Shown here in pieces: positions 36,754 to 46,594 of a stretch of DNA of 64,000 nucleotides (position 1 is the first letter of the stretch; the number at the start of each line of letters is the position of its first letter). Source of the DNA: Pyrinomonadaceae bacterium (GTDB taxonomy: Bacteria; Acidobacteriota; Blastocatellia; Pyrinomonadales; Pyrinomonadaceae); the NCBI GenBank assembly GCA_036399835.1, contig DASWMI010000168.1, positions 15,008-79,007 of the forward strand. Direction: 5' to 3'. Under the pieces are notes generated by a model, which was not told where the DNA came from, did no database searches, and saw only the letters and a program-made list of their open reading frames with translations. Made by a program: the position numbers and the translations under genes.

Positions 36754-39700
36754 ATGAAATTATCCAAGCGTCTGTGTCTCCTGTGCGCCACGTTGGCCTG
36801 TCTGCTGTTGATGATTTCGGTCTCCCTACGGCAAACAGGCTCGCGTGCGCAAACAAACGCACCCGACAAATTGGCTGCCCGTGAAGATGCTTACAGGGCG
36901 AATAATCTGGGCGTCGCTTTGATGGAGCAGTTCAAGTACAAGGAGGCTGCCGAAGCCTTCTCGTGCGCTCTCAAGCTCGACCCTCGGCTAGCCCTGGCGC
37001 GCATCAATCTGAGCATCGCTCTCTACAACGTGCCGGACCTACCTGGAGCAGAGCGCGAAGCGACGGCGGCCATCGCCATTAACCCGAATGCTCCGCAGCC
37101 GCACTACATTACTGGTCTCATCGCCAAAACGCAGAATCGCCCCGATGCCGCCGTCGCAGCCTTTCAGCGCGTGCTCAAGATAGACGCAGAGGATGTCGGA
37201 GCGAATATCAATCTGGGCCAGCTCTACGCGCAGCAACGCAAGTACGCGGAGGCCATCACGGTCTTTCGCACGGCCCTCGCTGCCGAAGCCTACAACACGA
37301 CGGCGCTCTATAACCTCTCGACCGCGCTCATGCGCTCAGGGCAAAGAGAAGAGGGCCAGCGTCTGATACAGCGTTTTCAGGAGCTGCGACAGCGCGGCAG
37401 CGGGACTGTCATCGGGACCAACTATCTTGAGCAGGGGCGATACGCCGAGGCCATCGCTTCGACGGGCGCGGAAGCCGGGCTGGTTGAGAAAAGCATCCCT
37501 GCCGTCAAGTTCAAGGATGCTTCAACCGAGATGCTCAACGCGAGCGTGGCTGGCGGCGCGGCATCCGAGGCCGAGGCCGCGCCGGTTCTCGGTCGCCGCT
37601 TTAAAGCCGCAGAGATTAAAGATGAGACTCGCAGAGCTATGGCGGCGCAGCTTGGCGGCAGCATCGCTATCTTTGATTATGACGCCGACGGTCGGCTGGA
37701 CCTTTTTATTGTCAACGCTGCGGGCCAGCGCCTCTTTCATAACAATAACGGAAAGCTCTCAGATGTGACGAGCCAATCCGGTGCCTTGAACATGAAGGCT
37801 GGCGGAACGGGGACGGCTACCGTCGCGGGCGATTATGATAACGATGGACGCGCGGACCTCTTCGTCGTCAGAGATGGCGGCCTGGCGCTTTATCATCAAG
37901 ACAGCAGCGGTAAATTCTCTGACGTGACGAGCGCGGCTGGCATTCCTGCTTATCAATATCTCTCCGCCTCGGCTGCCTTTGTAGATGTGGACCACGACGG
38001 CGACCTGGACCTTTTTATCGCGGGGCTGGCCGATACCTCAAAGCCCGCGGCTGGCAAGGAAACCGTCACGTTCCCGACAGACTTCGCGGGCGCGCCCAAC
38101 CTCTTGCTGCGTAACGACGGCAACGGAAAGTTTACGGACATCACGGCTGCCGCCAGGGTCTCTGGACCAAATCATGCTCTGGCAATCGTCCCGACCGATT
38201 ACAACAACAGCCGCGACGTAGACCTGCTGGTCGTCAACTACGGCGCAGCTCCCAACCTCTTCAGCAACCAGCGCGACGGCTCTTTCCGCGAGGTGGCGAG
38301 CGAAGCAGGGCTGGCGATTGAAGGGCGCTGGACCAGCGCCGCGGCGGGCGATGTTAATAAGGACGGGTTTACCGACCTCTTTTTCGGCAGGGGAAACGCG
38401 CCCGGCATGTTTGCCACGAGCAATGGCAGGGGAAAGTTTAAGACCTCTTTCGCGAGCAGCGAGACGGAGGGCGCGGCCTCTGCGCAGTTTCTTGATTATG
38501 ACAATGACGGGCTGCTCGATTGCCTGGTCCTGACGGGTAAGGGTCTGCTCGTCATGCGCAATCTGGGCGACACCTGGATGAGCCTGCCGGACCGTGTAGA
38601 GCCTGTCGGTCTCTTCGCTGGTCCAACTCTGCGTGGCCGTCTCTTTTTCGCGGGCGACCTGGATAACGATGGCGATACGGACCTGGTTGCCACGAGCGCA
38701 TCGGGCGAACTCCGTCTGGCGCGTAATCAGGGCGGCAATGAGAATCGCTCGCTGCGCATCAACCTGACGGGGAGGGTGAGCAACAAGAGCGGCGTCGGCG
38801 CAAAAGTCGAAGCGAGGGCGGGAAGCCTGGTCCAAAAGCTCGAATCCTACGCGGCCAGCCCCGCTCCTGCTCCCGCAGACCTCATCTTCGGATTGGGCCA
38901 GCGCCCTTCGGCGGATGCCGTGCGCGTGCTCTGGCCCGCGGGCATCGTCCAGGCAGAAACAGAGATTCCCGCGCAGCAGAGCGCCAGCGCACGAACGAAC
39001 GAACCCGCGAAGACTGGACCACCCGTCACGCTCCCAATCACGGAACTGGACCGCAAGCCTTCATCCTGTCCGTATCTCTACACCTGGAACGGCGAGCGCT
39101 TCGAGTTCATCACGGATTTTATGGGCGGCGGCGAGATGGGTTACTGGGAAGGACCTGGCCGCTATAATACGCCGGACCCGGACGAGTACGTGCGTATCCC
39201 CGCAGGCAAGTTAAAAGAGCGCGAGGGGCTTTACGAATTGCGCGTCACCAACGAGCTTGAAGAGGCGCTCTTTGTGGACCGCTTGCAGCTTCTGGCCTAC
39301 GCGCATCCGCGCGGGGTGGAGGTTTACCCGAACGAAGGCATGGTCGAAGCGCCGCCGCCCTTCAAGCTCTACCGGACGCAAGCGGCGCGTGCCCCTCTCG
39401 CCGCGACCGACGAGCACGGGCATGATGTGCTCTCGCGCATAGCTCTGCTGGACCGCGAGTACCCGGATGATTTTCGCCTCGAGCGTATACGCGGCTATGC
39501 GGACGAGCACTCTTTGACGCTCAAGCTGGCCGAAGATGGGCAGCCCGCGAGGGGTCGTCAAATGCTGCTCCTCTTGACGGGCTGGACGGATTACGCCTGG
39601 TCCAGTGATAACGTCGCCGCCTCGCAGAGCGGAAAGGTGATGCAAGCGCCCGCGCTTCAGGTGAAGGATGCCAGTGGCCGCTGGCGCACCGTGATAGAGA

Positions 39701-40356
39701 ACATAGGTATCCCCGTTGGCAGACCGCAAACCGTGGCCGTTGACCTGACCGGAAAATTCTTAACTGCGAACCGCGAAGTTCGCATCCTGACGAACATGCG
39801 TATCTACTGGGATCAAATCCTGTTTGATACGTCGAGCGGAAATTTTCCGGTCCAGCTCGCGCGGCTCGACCCCCTCAAGGCTTCCTTGCGCTGGCGCGGC
39901 TATTCCGTTGAGACGACGCCGGACGGACGCGAGCCTTACGGCTACGATTACACGCGCGTCACCTTCGACTCGCCCTGGAAGGTGATGACGGGCCGTTATA
40001 CACGCGAAGGCGACGTGCGCGAGTTGCTCATCAAAACGGATGAGATGTTCGTTATCTCGCGCACGGGCGACGAGCTACAAGTCTCTTTCGATGCCAGAGC
40101 CTTGCCCGCGCTCCCTGACGGGTGGACGCGTACCTTCCTGCTTTACGCGGACGGTTTCAGCAAGGAGATGGACATCAACTCGGCCAGCCCGGACCAAATC
40201 TCGCCGCTCCCTTTTCATGGGATGAAGCGTTACCCGTACAACTCGCCGCAGAGCTACCCCTTGACAAAGGAGCGCCGCGCTTACATGGAGCGCTACAACA
40301 CGCGGCTCGTCACCTCGCAGATACCGTCAATAGAAACAGTGACGGGTGATAGGTGA
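36754..40356 (+). CDS. giant TPR / FG-GAP-VCBS / ASPIC-UnbV fusion protein, paralog of 27445..31098
   Basis: Same architecture as the paralog. The C-terminal domain starts SCPYLYTWNG. The signal peptide starts at ATG 36754 (MKLSKRLCLL); the track start 36703 is TTG. Confidence 0.9.
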   Translation: MKLSKRLCLLCATLACLLLMISVSLRQTGSRAQTNAPDKLAAREDAYRANNLGVALMEQFKYKEAAEAFSCALKLDPRLALARINLSIALYNVPDLPGAEREATAAIAINPNAPQPHYITGLIAKTQNRPDAAVAAFQRVLKIDAEDVGANINLGQLYAQQRKYAEAITVFRTALAAEAYNTTALYNLSTALMRSGQREEGQRLIQRFQELRQRGSGTVIGTNYLEQGRYAEAIASTGAEAGLVEKSIPAVKFKDASTEMLNASVAGGAASEAEAAPVLGRRFKAAEIKDETRRAMAAQLGGSIAIFDYDADGRLDLFIVNAAGQRLFHNNNGKLSDVTSQSGALNMKAGGTGTATVAGDYDNDGRADLFVVRDGGLALYHQDSSGKFSDVTSAAGIPAYQYLSASAAFVDVDHDGDLDLFIAGLADTSKPAAGKETVTFPTDFAGAPNLLLRNDGNGKFTDITAAARVSGPNHALAIVPTDYNNSRDVDLLVVNYGAAPNLFSNQRDGSFREVASEAGLAIEGRWTSAAAGDVNKDGFTDLFFGRGNAPGMFATSNGRGKFKTSFASSETEGAASAQFLDYDNDGLLDCLVLTGKGLLVMRNLGDTWMSLPDRVEPVGLFAGPTLRGRLFFAGDLDNDGDTDLVATSASGELRLARNQGGNENRSLRINLTGRVSNKSGVGAKVEARAGSLVQKLESYAASPAPAPADLIFGLGQRPSADAVRVLWPAGIVQAETEIPAQQSASARTNEPAKTGPPVTLPITELDRKPSSCPYLYTWNGERFEFITDFMGGGEMGYWEGPGRYNTPDPDEYVRIPAGKLKEREGLYELRVTNELEEALFVDRLQLLAYAHPRGVEVYPNEGMVEAPPPFKLYRTQAARAPLAATDEHGHDVLSRIALLDREYPDDFRLERIRGYADEHSLTLKLAEDGQPARGRQMLLLLTGWTDYAWSSDNVAASQSGKVMQAPALQVKDASGRWRTVIENIGIPVGRPQTVAVDLTGKFLTANREVRILTNMRIYWDQILFDTSSGNFPVQLARLDPLKASLRWRGYSVETTPDGREPYGYDYTRVTFDSPWKVMTGRYTREGDVRELLIKTDEMFVISRTGDELQVSFDARALPALPDGWTRTFLLYADGFSKEMDINSASPDQISPLPFHGMKRYPYNSPQSYPLTKERRAYMERYNTRLVTSQIPSIETVTGDR

Positions 40357-40408
40357 TAGGATAAAAACTTGTTCCTGCCTGTCACCTGTTACGCGAATGG
40401 AGTGAGTT

Positions 40409-41407
40409 ATGGACCACATCAGATATTCGGTTGCGGCATGTCAGACGGATATGCCGAATCCTGTCGAGCGCAAAGGGATGCGCGCCAATACCGAACGTAT
40501 GCTCTCGATGATTGACTCGGCGGTGGCGGGCAGCGCCCCTTTTCTGCCCCTCAAGCTGGTTGTCTTCCCTGAATTTGCGCATGCCGCGCCGGTCTTTGCG
40601 ACGGCTGCCGAGCTGGTTGACAAACTGGCCGTGCGAATTCCCAACGAGCACACCGAAAAGCTCGAACAGAAGGCGCGCGAGTATGGCATCTACATTCAGA
40701 GCGGCTCGATGTTGGAGCTGGATGCGAAGTGGCCTGGCGCTGTCTTTAACACTACCTGCCTGATTGGACCAGAAGGCGTGCTCTACAAATACCGCAAGGT
40801 CAACACCTGGATTCCATACGAGGTACACACCAGCCCGCATGATCTTGAAGGCTACGACGAGCCGCTCTTTCCTGTCGCCGAGACTCCCATCGGTCGCATC
40901 GGCTGCGCCATCTGTTACGACTGGCTCTTTCCCGAAGCGATGCGACAGATGACGGCCAACGGCGCGGAGATACTCTTGCGCGTCTCGGCCTATATGGACC
41001 CCTGGGGCGCGACCGAGCCTATGGACTGGTGGACCATCATCAACCGCTGCCGCGCGCTGGAGAACACGGCTTACGTCGTCGCGGCCAACCAGGGCGCGAG
41101 CCTCAAACATTATCCGCCCTACTCCTGGCCCGGTGGCAGTATGGTTGTGGATTACGACGGGCGCATCCTCGCGCAGGCCAGCCCGGGCCCCGGCGAGCGG
41201 ATCGTCGTCGCGCCCCTCGACATAAGCGCGCTACGCCACGAGCGCGCCTCGCGCAGAGGCCATCACATGCTCGCGCACCTGCGCACAGAAGCCTACCCGC
41301 TTTACAAAGAGCATATCTACCCGCCGAAGATCGAGGGCGAGCGGGGCATCTCCTATGAGAGAAATAATCTTTTGATTGACGAGGCCAAGCGAGGAGTTCA
41401 GCGGTGA
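40409..41407 (+). CDS. carbon-nitrogen hydrolase family protein (aliphatic amidase/formamidase-like)
   Basis: Glu-Lys-Cys triad context: VVFPEF, YRKVN, GCAICYDWLFPE. Confidence 0.9.
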   Translation: MDHIRYSVAACQTDMPNPVERKGMRANTERMLSMIDSAVAGSAPFLPLKLVVFPEFAHAAPVFATAAELVDKLAVRIPNEHTEKLEQKAREYGIYIQSGSMLELDAKWPGAVFNTTCLIGPEGVLYKYRKVNTWIPYEVHTSPHDLEGYDEPLFPVAETPIGRIGCAICYDWLFPEAMRQMTANGAEILLRVSAYMDPWGATEPMDWWTIINRCRALENTAYVVAANQGASLKHYPPYSWPGGSMVVDYDGRILAQASPGPGERIVVAPLDISALRHERASRRGHHMLAHLRTEAYPLYKEHIYPPKIEGERGISYERNNLLIDEAKRGVQR

Positions 41408-41514
41408 ATGAGTAGACGGGCTGCCATCTTGAGTTTCAGAGTTAAGCTGTCTGGACCAATGCAGTAAAGTTCAAGGGGGGTGATGATTCCGGTTTCTCCT
41501 GAGAGCATCGCGGG

Positions 41515-42348
41515 ATGACAAATTCGACGGGAGTTGTCTTTCAATCTACGGCGGCTGATTTCGAGCGGCTCTACCAGGCCCTCGCGCATGATTCCAGATA
41601 CGGGCATTATGTGCGCATCCCTGAGCGTATCTGTCGTTGCCTGGACTATTTCGGAGTCGCTTCCGATCGGCTGGCTGTCAAGCAGCGTCTGCTTTCGTAC
41701 TATCTTTTTATAGGCGTGGTGGACCACGCGCTGGATTCGATTCATCTTGAGAAGGGCGCGGAGATTCTCAAATGGCTGGGGGCGGCCCTTCCCTCGTTTG
41801 ACGAAGAGGCGAGGCAGTCATCGGTCAAGCTGGTGACGGAAGTTTTGAAGTGTCACATCGGCATGGATAGTCATCCGCTGGTCCTGATGAAACTCGAGGA
41901 GCTTTACGGGGCGGTCGTGCGCGAGCGTTGGTCCAAAACGATGTCCGCCTATGTCGAGCAAAGAAAGCTGGTCGGCTCTCTGACCGCGGAACTCTCTTAC
42001 CTGCTCATACGTCCTCTGCTCAAGGATGAGCATCAGGAGCTGCGCGGCTTTTTGCAGAGAGTCGGGGAGGTCGGCTGCCTGATAGACAGCGCGATTGATT
42101 TGAGGGCCGACGAGCGAGCGGGCCTGCTCAGCTTCAGGCTCACGCCGAAGGCTTATCTTGAGCTGACGGGCGAGATGCTGCGCCAAGGTTCAAGGCTCTT
42201 ACGAAAACACCCGCGTCTGCTCGGCCTCTTTCTGGAAGCCGTCAGCGACGATCTGCTTGACAGGCTGCGTGCGCGCAGGAGGCCGCGCACTCTCCTAAAC
42301 CAACTGGACCACTCGAAGAAGGCTTACGCCTGCGAGCGCGCGGCCTGA
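41515..42348 (+). CDS. hypothetical protein, possibly squalene/phytoene-synthase-like isoprenoid-synthase fold
   Basis: All-helical, with two Asp-containing motifs placed as in SQS/PSY enzymes: VVDHALD and IDSAIDLRADERAG. The family call is low confidence. Confidence 0.55.
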   Translation: MTNSTGVVFQSTAADFERLYQALAHDSRYGHYVRIPERICRCLDYFGVASDRLAVKQRLLSYYLFIGVVDHALDSIHLEKGAEILKWLGAALPSFDEEARQSSVKLVTEVLKCHIGMDSHPLVLMKLEELYGAVVRERWSKTMSAYVEQRKLVGSLTAELSYLLIRPLLKDEHQELRGFLQRVGEVGCLIDSAIDLRADERAGLLSFRLTPKAYLELTGEMLRQGSRLLRKHPRLLGLFLEAVSDDLLDRLRARRRPRTLLNQLDHSKKAYACERAA

Positions 42349-42452
42349 ACAGCGGCAGCCGGACCAGACGGCCGATAGCGCGCCTCTCATCTTCGTGTGA
42401 TAGAGTATTGATTGAGCCTGATGGCAAACGATAGGGAATCCAGCGTTAGTCC

Positions 42453-44351
42453 ATGAAGTCTAGCCGCATTAGCAATCGCCAGCTTGTTATCCTTTTATTC
42501 GCTCTGGCCCTCGTCGCAACGCGCCTCGACACGCGTCCATCTTCAGCCAGCGCGCAAAAAAAACCGGACCCGCCCGCCAACGTCTCTCAACAGCCGCAGC
42601 CGTCTCAACAGCGCACGGGTCGTTCCTACGATACGGGCGATGCGGGCCGCAAGCCTGCGCCCACGACAGGACCGCAGGCCATCTCGCCAGTCACCTTCAA
42701 GGACATCACAGCGGCCACGAAAATTGATTTCAAGCACGCCGCTTCGCCTACTTCGCAAAAGTATCTGCTGGAAACGATGGGCGGCGGGGCGGCGATGTTC
42801 GATTACGATAATGACGGGCGAATGGACCTCTTTTTTACCAACGGCGCGCGCCTCGAAGACCCCATGCCAAAGGGAGCGATGCCCGTCAAAACGGATGCGA
42901 GCTACTGGAATCGCTTATATCGCCAGAAGCCGGACGGGACATTTGAGGATGTCACGGAGCGCGCGGGGCTAAAGGGCGAAGGCTACTCTCTGGGCGTCGC
43001 GGCGGGCGATTACGATGCGGACGGACTGCCAGACCTTTACGTCACGGCTTACGGCAGTAACACGCTCTATCACAACAACGGCAATGGAACTTTTAGCGAT
43101 GTGACGCGGAAGACAGGGACGGCTGGCGGCGGCTGGTCCACCAGCGCGGGCTGGCTCGATTATGATACGGACGGACGCGCGGACCTCTTTGTCGCCCGTT
43201 ACATGGAATGGGATTTCGAGCGCGGCTCTCTCTATTGCGGCGACACGCGCCCAGGCTTTCGCGCCTACTGCCACCCTGACAACTTCCGTGGCGCTTCCAA
43301 CATTCTCTTTCACCAGAAGCCCGACGGGACGTTTGAAGATGCTACGGCTAGCGCCGGTCTTTCCGACCCGAAAGGCAAGGGTCTCGGCGTGGCCTTCGCG
43401 GATTTTGACGGAGACGGTTGGACAGACATCTTCGTCGCCAACGACAGCGTGCGCCAGAGCCTCTATCGCAACCGTGGGAACGGGACGTTTGAGGACATAG
43501 CCGTGATGGCGGGCGTCGGCTACGACGAGAACGGAAAGACTTTCGCGGGGATGGGCGTGGACGCGGGCGATTATGATAACGACGGACTGATGGACCTCTT
43601 TATCACCACGCTCTCGAACGAGACCTATCCGCTCTATCGCAACAACGGCGACGAGACCTTCACTTACACGACCAACACTTCCGGGGTGGGCCAGATAACG
43701 CTGCTTTATTCGGGCTGGGGGACGCGCTTTCTGGATGCGGACAACGATGGATGGCGCGACATCTTCGTGGCCCAGAGCCACGTCCTCGATACGATTGAGA
43801 AGACATCCAGTTATTTGAAGTACAAACAGACGCCGCTCCTGATGTTGAATAAAGAGGGGAGGGGCTTCGTCAACGTCTCCGCTTCCGCCGGACAGCCTTT
43901 CAGTCTCCCGCTCGCCGCGCGCGGCGCGGCCTTCGGCGACCTCGACAATGACGGCGACGTTGATCTGGTCCTCTGCACTCTGAACGCTGGTCCAGTCATC
44001 CTGCGTAACGAAGGAACGCGCCATCACTGGCTCGGCATCTCTCTCGCCGGAACAAAATCGAATCGCGCGGGGCTGGGAGCGCGCCTGACTGTGACGGACT
44101 CATCTGGGCGCAAGCAGACTTTTGATAACTCGAACGCAGGGAGTTATCTTTCGTCGAGCGACCCGCGTCTTCTGGTCGGGCTGGGCCAGGCCGAGAGCGT
44201 GCGCGAGGTGGAAGTGCGCTGGCCCGGCAAACGTCTGCAACGTATCTTGAATCCCGCCGTTGACAGGTATCTAGTCATCAAAGAGCGCGATGCTGCCGGA
44301 CCAATCGCAAGGGTCGCGGACTTCTCAAACTTATCCGGGTCATCGAAATGA
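42453..44351 (+). CDS. CRTAC1-family protein (FG-GAP repeats plus ASPIC/UnbV)
   Basis: Signal peptide, FDYDNDGRMDL / DYDADGLPDL / DFDGDGWTDI repeats and a C-terminal NRAGLGARL...GSYLSSSD. Confidence 0.9.
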   Translation: MKSSRISNRQLVILLFALALVATRLDTRPSSASAQKKPDPPANVSQQPQPSQQRTGRSYDTGDAGRKPAPTTGPQAISPVTFKDITAATKIDFKHAASPTSQKYLLETMGGGAAMFDYDNDGRMDLFFTNGARLEDPMPKGAMPVKTDASYWNRLYRQKPDGTFEDVTERAGLKGEGYSLGVAAGDYDADGLPDLYVTAYGSNTLYHNNGNGTFSDVTRKTGTAGGGWSTSAGWLDYDTDGRADLFVARYMEWDFERGSLYCGDTRPGFRAYCHPDNFRGASNILFHQKPDGTFEDATASAGLSDPKGKGLGVAFADFDGDGWTDIFVANDSVRQSLYRNRGNGTFEDIAVMAGVGYDENGKTFAGMGVDAGDYDNDGLMDLFITTLSNETYPLYRNNGDETFTYTTNTSGVGQITLLYSGWGTRFLDADNDGWRDIFVAQSHVLDTIEKTSSYLKYKQTPLLMLNKEGRGFVNVSASAGQPFSLPLAARGAAFGDLDNDGDVDLVLCTLNAGPVILRNEGTRHHWLGISLAGTKSNRAGLGARLTVTDSSGRKQTFDNSNAGSYLSSSDPRLLVGLGQAESVREVEVRWPGKRLQRILNPAVDRYLVIKERDAAGPIARVADFSNLSGSSK

Positions 44352-46216
44352 GCCGCAACGTGCTTGAGAGGATAAGGAAAGTAATTTTCATGAAACGCCT
44401 GTTGGCCCTTCTCTTAACCAGCCTGTTACTATCCGCGCCGTTTGCTTTTCCGGCACAGACTCCGTCCGCCTCATCTCAGGGACAACAGAGCGTTGGCGGC
44501 GTCTCGACAGGAGAGGTCCGAACCTACACCTCCAGACGCACAGTCGGCATCACGGACCCGAAAGCCCCTTTGATTTTCGAGGACATCACGGACCAAACCG
44601 CGCTCAAAGATTTCAAACACCGCTCCGGCAACCCGCCCAAGGATTATATCTTTGAGACGCCTTCGGGCGGCGTCGCCATCCTTGATTACGACGGCGACGG
44701 GCTGCCGGATATTTACCTCGTCAACGGCTCGACCGTCCCCGCCATGCAGGGCAAAGAGAAAGCGCCGCGCGCCGCGCTCTATCGCAATCTGGGCAACTGG
44801 AAATTTGCTGACGTGACGGATAAAGCGGGCGTCGCAAATGAGCGCTGGGGGATGGGCGTGGCCGCCGGCGATTATGATAACGACGGGCACGCGGACCTCT
44901 TCGTCGGCAACTTCGGCACGTCGCGCCTTTATCATAACAACGGCGATGGGACGTTTACGGATGTCGCGGAAAAACTCGGCGTTGCGCGCAAGGGTTGGAG
45001 CACGGGTGCGACCTGGGGCGATTATGACCGCGATGGTCGGCTGGACCTTTTTGTTCCGGGCTACGTCGAGATTGATTTTAACAACCTGCCTCCGAATCCA
45101 AGCGAGGCTGGCAAGCCAGGACAGATCGGGCAAAACTTCTGCCAATTTCGCGGTACTCCCGTGATGTGCGGGCCGCGCGGTCTCAAGGGCGAGGGCGACA
45201 CGCTCTATCATCAAAAACAGGACGGCACGTTTGAGGATGCGAGCATCAGGGCTGGCGTTGATGACCCGAACAAATACTATGGCTTTTCATCAGCCTTTGT
45301 TCACGCAGATGATGACGACCTGCTGGACCTCGTCGTCATCAACGATTCGACCCCGAACCTTTTCTATCTCAACAAGGGTGACGGGACTTTTGAAGAAGCT
45401 GGCTATCCATCCGGCGTCGCGCTCAATGAGAACGGTCGTGAGCAGGCGGGGATGGGCCTCGCCGTCGGCGATTATAACAATGACGGGCTGGTTGATTTTC
45501 ATGTCACAAACTTTTCCGACGATTCCAACACGCTTCGCCACAACGATGGCGGCGGCAATTTCACGGACCTCACGTTCCAGTCCGGACTCGGCGAGCCTTC
45601 GATTCCTTTTCTCGGATGGGGCACGGATTTTCTGGACTATGACAACGACGGCTGGAAAGACTTGCTCGTCGTTAACGGCCACGTCTACCCGGCTGTGGAC
45701 CAGTATCAATGGGGCACGAGCTTTGCCCAACAGTTGCTGCTCTTTCGCAATCTGGCTAACGGCAGGTTCGAGCGCGTCGGCGCAGCGCCCGCGAGCGGCC
45801 TCGCCCTCGCCATCACGGGGCGCGGCCTAGCCATTGCGGACCTTGACGGCGACGGTCGCCTGGACGGCGTGACCAACAACCTGGACTCAAAGCCTACGCT
45901 CCTGCGTAATGTAACCAAGCCGGTGGGCCACTGGCTCGAATTGCGTCTCATGGGCGATGTCAAAAGGAGAAGCCCCAGGGATGCCATAGGGGCTATCGCT
46001 TATCTGACGACGGGGAAACTCCGCCAGCGCGCGGATGTCCTGAGCGGCGCGAGCTATGCTTCGCAAAGAGACCTGCGGCTGCATTTCGGCCTCGGCGCGG
46101 CGACGAAGGTTGATAAGCTGGAAGTGAAGTGGCCCGACGGCACGCGCGAAGCCTTTGAGGTGGCGGGCGTGGACCGCCTGCTCACCATTACAGAAGGCAA
46201 GGGCGGCTCGAAATAG
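44348..46216 (+). CDS. CRTAC1-family protein (FG-GAP repeats plus ASPIC/UnbV)
   Basis: Same architecture. ATGA overlaps the upstream stop. The signal peptide begins at the internal ATG 44390 (MKRLLALLL). Confidence 0.9.
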   Translation: MSRNVLERIRKVIFMKRLLALLLTSLLLSAPFAFPAQTPSASSQGQQSVGGVSTGEVRTYTSRRTVGITDPKAPLIFEDITDQTALKDFKHRSGNPPKDYIFETPSGGVAILDYDGDGLPDIYLVNGSTVPAMQGKEKAPRAALYRNLGNWKFADVTDKAGVANERWGMGVAAGDYDNDGHADLFVGNFGTSRLYHNNGDGTFTDVAEKLGVARKGWSTGATWGDYDRDGRLDLFVPGYVEIDFNNLPPNPSEAGKPGQIGQNFCQFRGTPVMCGPRGLKGEGDTLYHQKQDGTFEDASIRAGVDDPNKYYGFSSAFVHADDDDLLDLVVINDSTPNLFYLNKGDGTFEEAGYPSGVALNENGREQAGMGLAVGDYNNDGLVDFHVTNFSDDSNTLRHNDGGGNFTDLTFQSGLGEPSIPFLGWGTDFLDYDNDGWKDLLVVNGHVYPAVDQYQWGTSFAQQLLLFRNLANGRFERVGAAPASGLALAITGRGLAIADLDGDGRLDGVTNNLDSKPTLLRNVTKPVGHWLELRLMGDVKRRSPRDAIGAIAYLTTGKLRQRADVLSGASYASQRDLRLHFGLGAATKVDKLEVKWPDGTREAFEVAGVDRLLTITEGKGGSK

Positions 46217-46594
46217 TCAGCTCTTCATCTTCCAGGCTGCATGGTTATCTCTACAGGCCAGAGGGCCACGCCCGCTCTCAACCCGGCCTGAGAACTGCTC
46301 GAATGTAAATGTGTTTCTACTTGTGTGGGAAAAGTTACAGGAGTTCACCCGCCAGGGGCAGCGTCTTAGAAATCAGTTGACAGTCATTTGATTCTATATT
46401 AAAACTTCGTTCGCTTGGGCAACAAACTACAAGCAAGGGTTCTTATTCAGCTAATCGCCACCAAAAAACAGTAGCCAGGAGCGGGTTGAGACCGCATCTT
46501 TGGCTGAATAATTGTTAGACTTGATGTCTGTCTGCTCCTCTAAAAAGGGTTTGGAGCGCCTCAGACCACTTTTCGCTCGCTAAGAGGTCCAGCT

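Noticed and set aside
40344-40400. Tandem GGTGATAGGTGATAGG and an imperfect hairpin after the giant gene
   Set aside because: It is a two-unit direct repeat overlapping the stop codon, with no T-tail. This is too little evidence for a repeat element or a terminator.
35236-44027. Antisense ORFs 35236..36291, 38038..38835, 40382..41110 and 42969..44027, plus the later 55690..56814
   Set aside because: Same reasoning as above. Each overlaps a confidently assigned gene on the other strand.
46217-46594. Cobalamin riboswitch upstream of the TonB-dependent receptor
   Set aside because: There is a 9-bp TTATTCAGC/GCTGAATAA helix and an AGCCAGGAG-like stretch. However, the enclosed region is only about 50 nt and lacks the conserved B12-riboswitch core. 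The receptor is also not BtuB-like.
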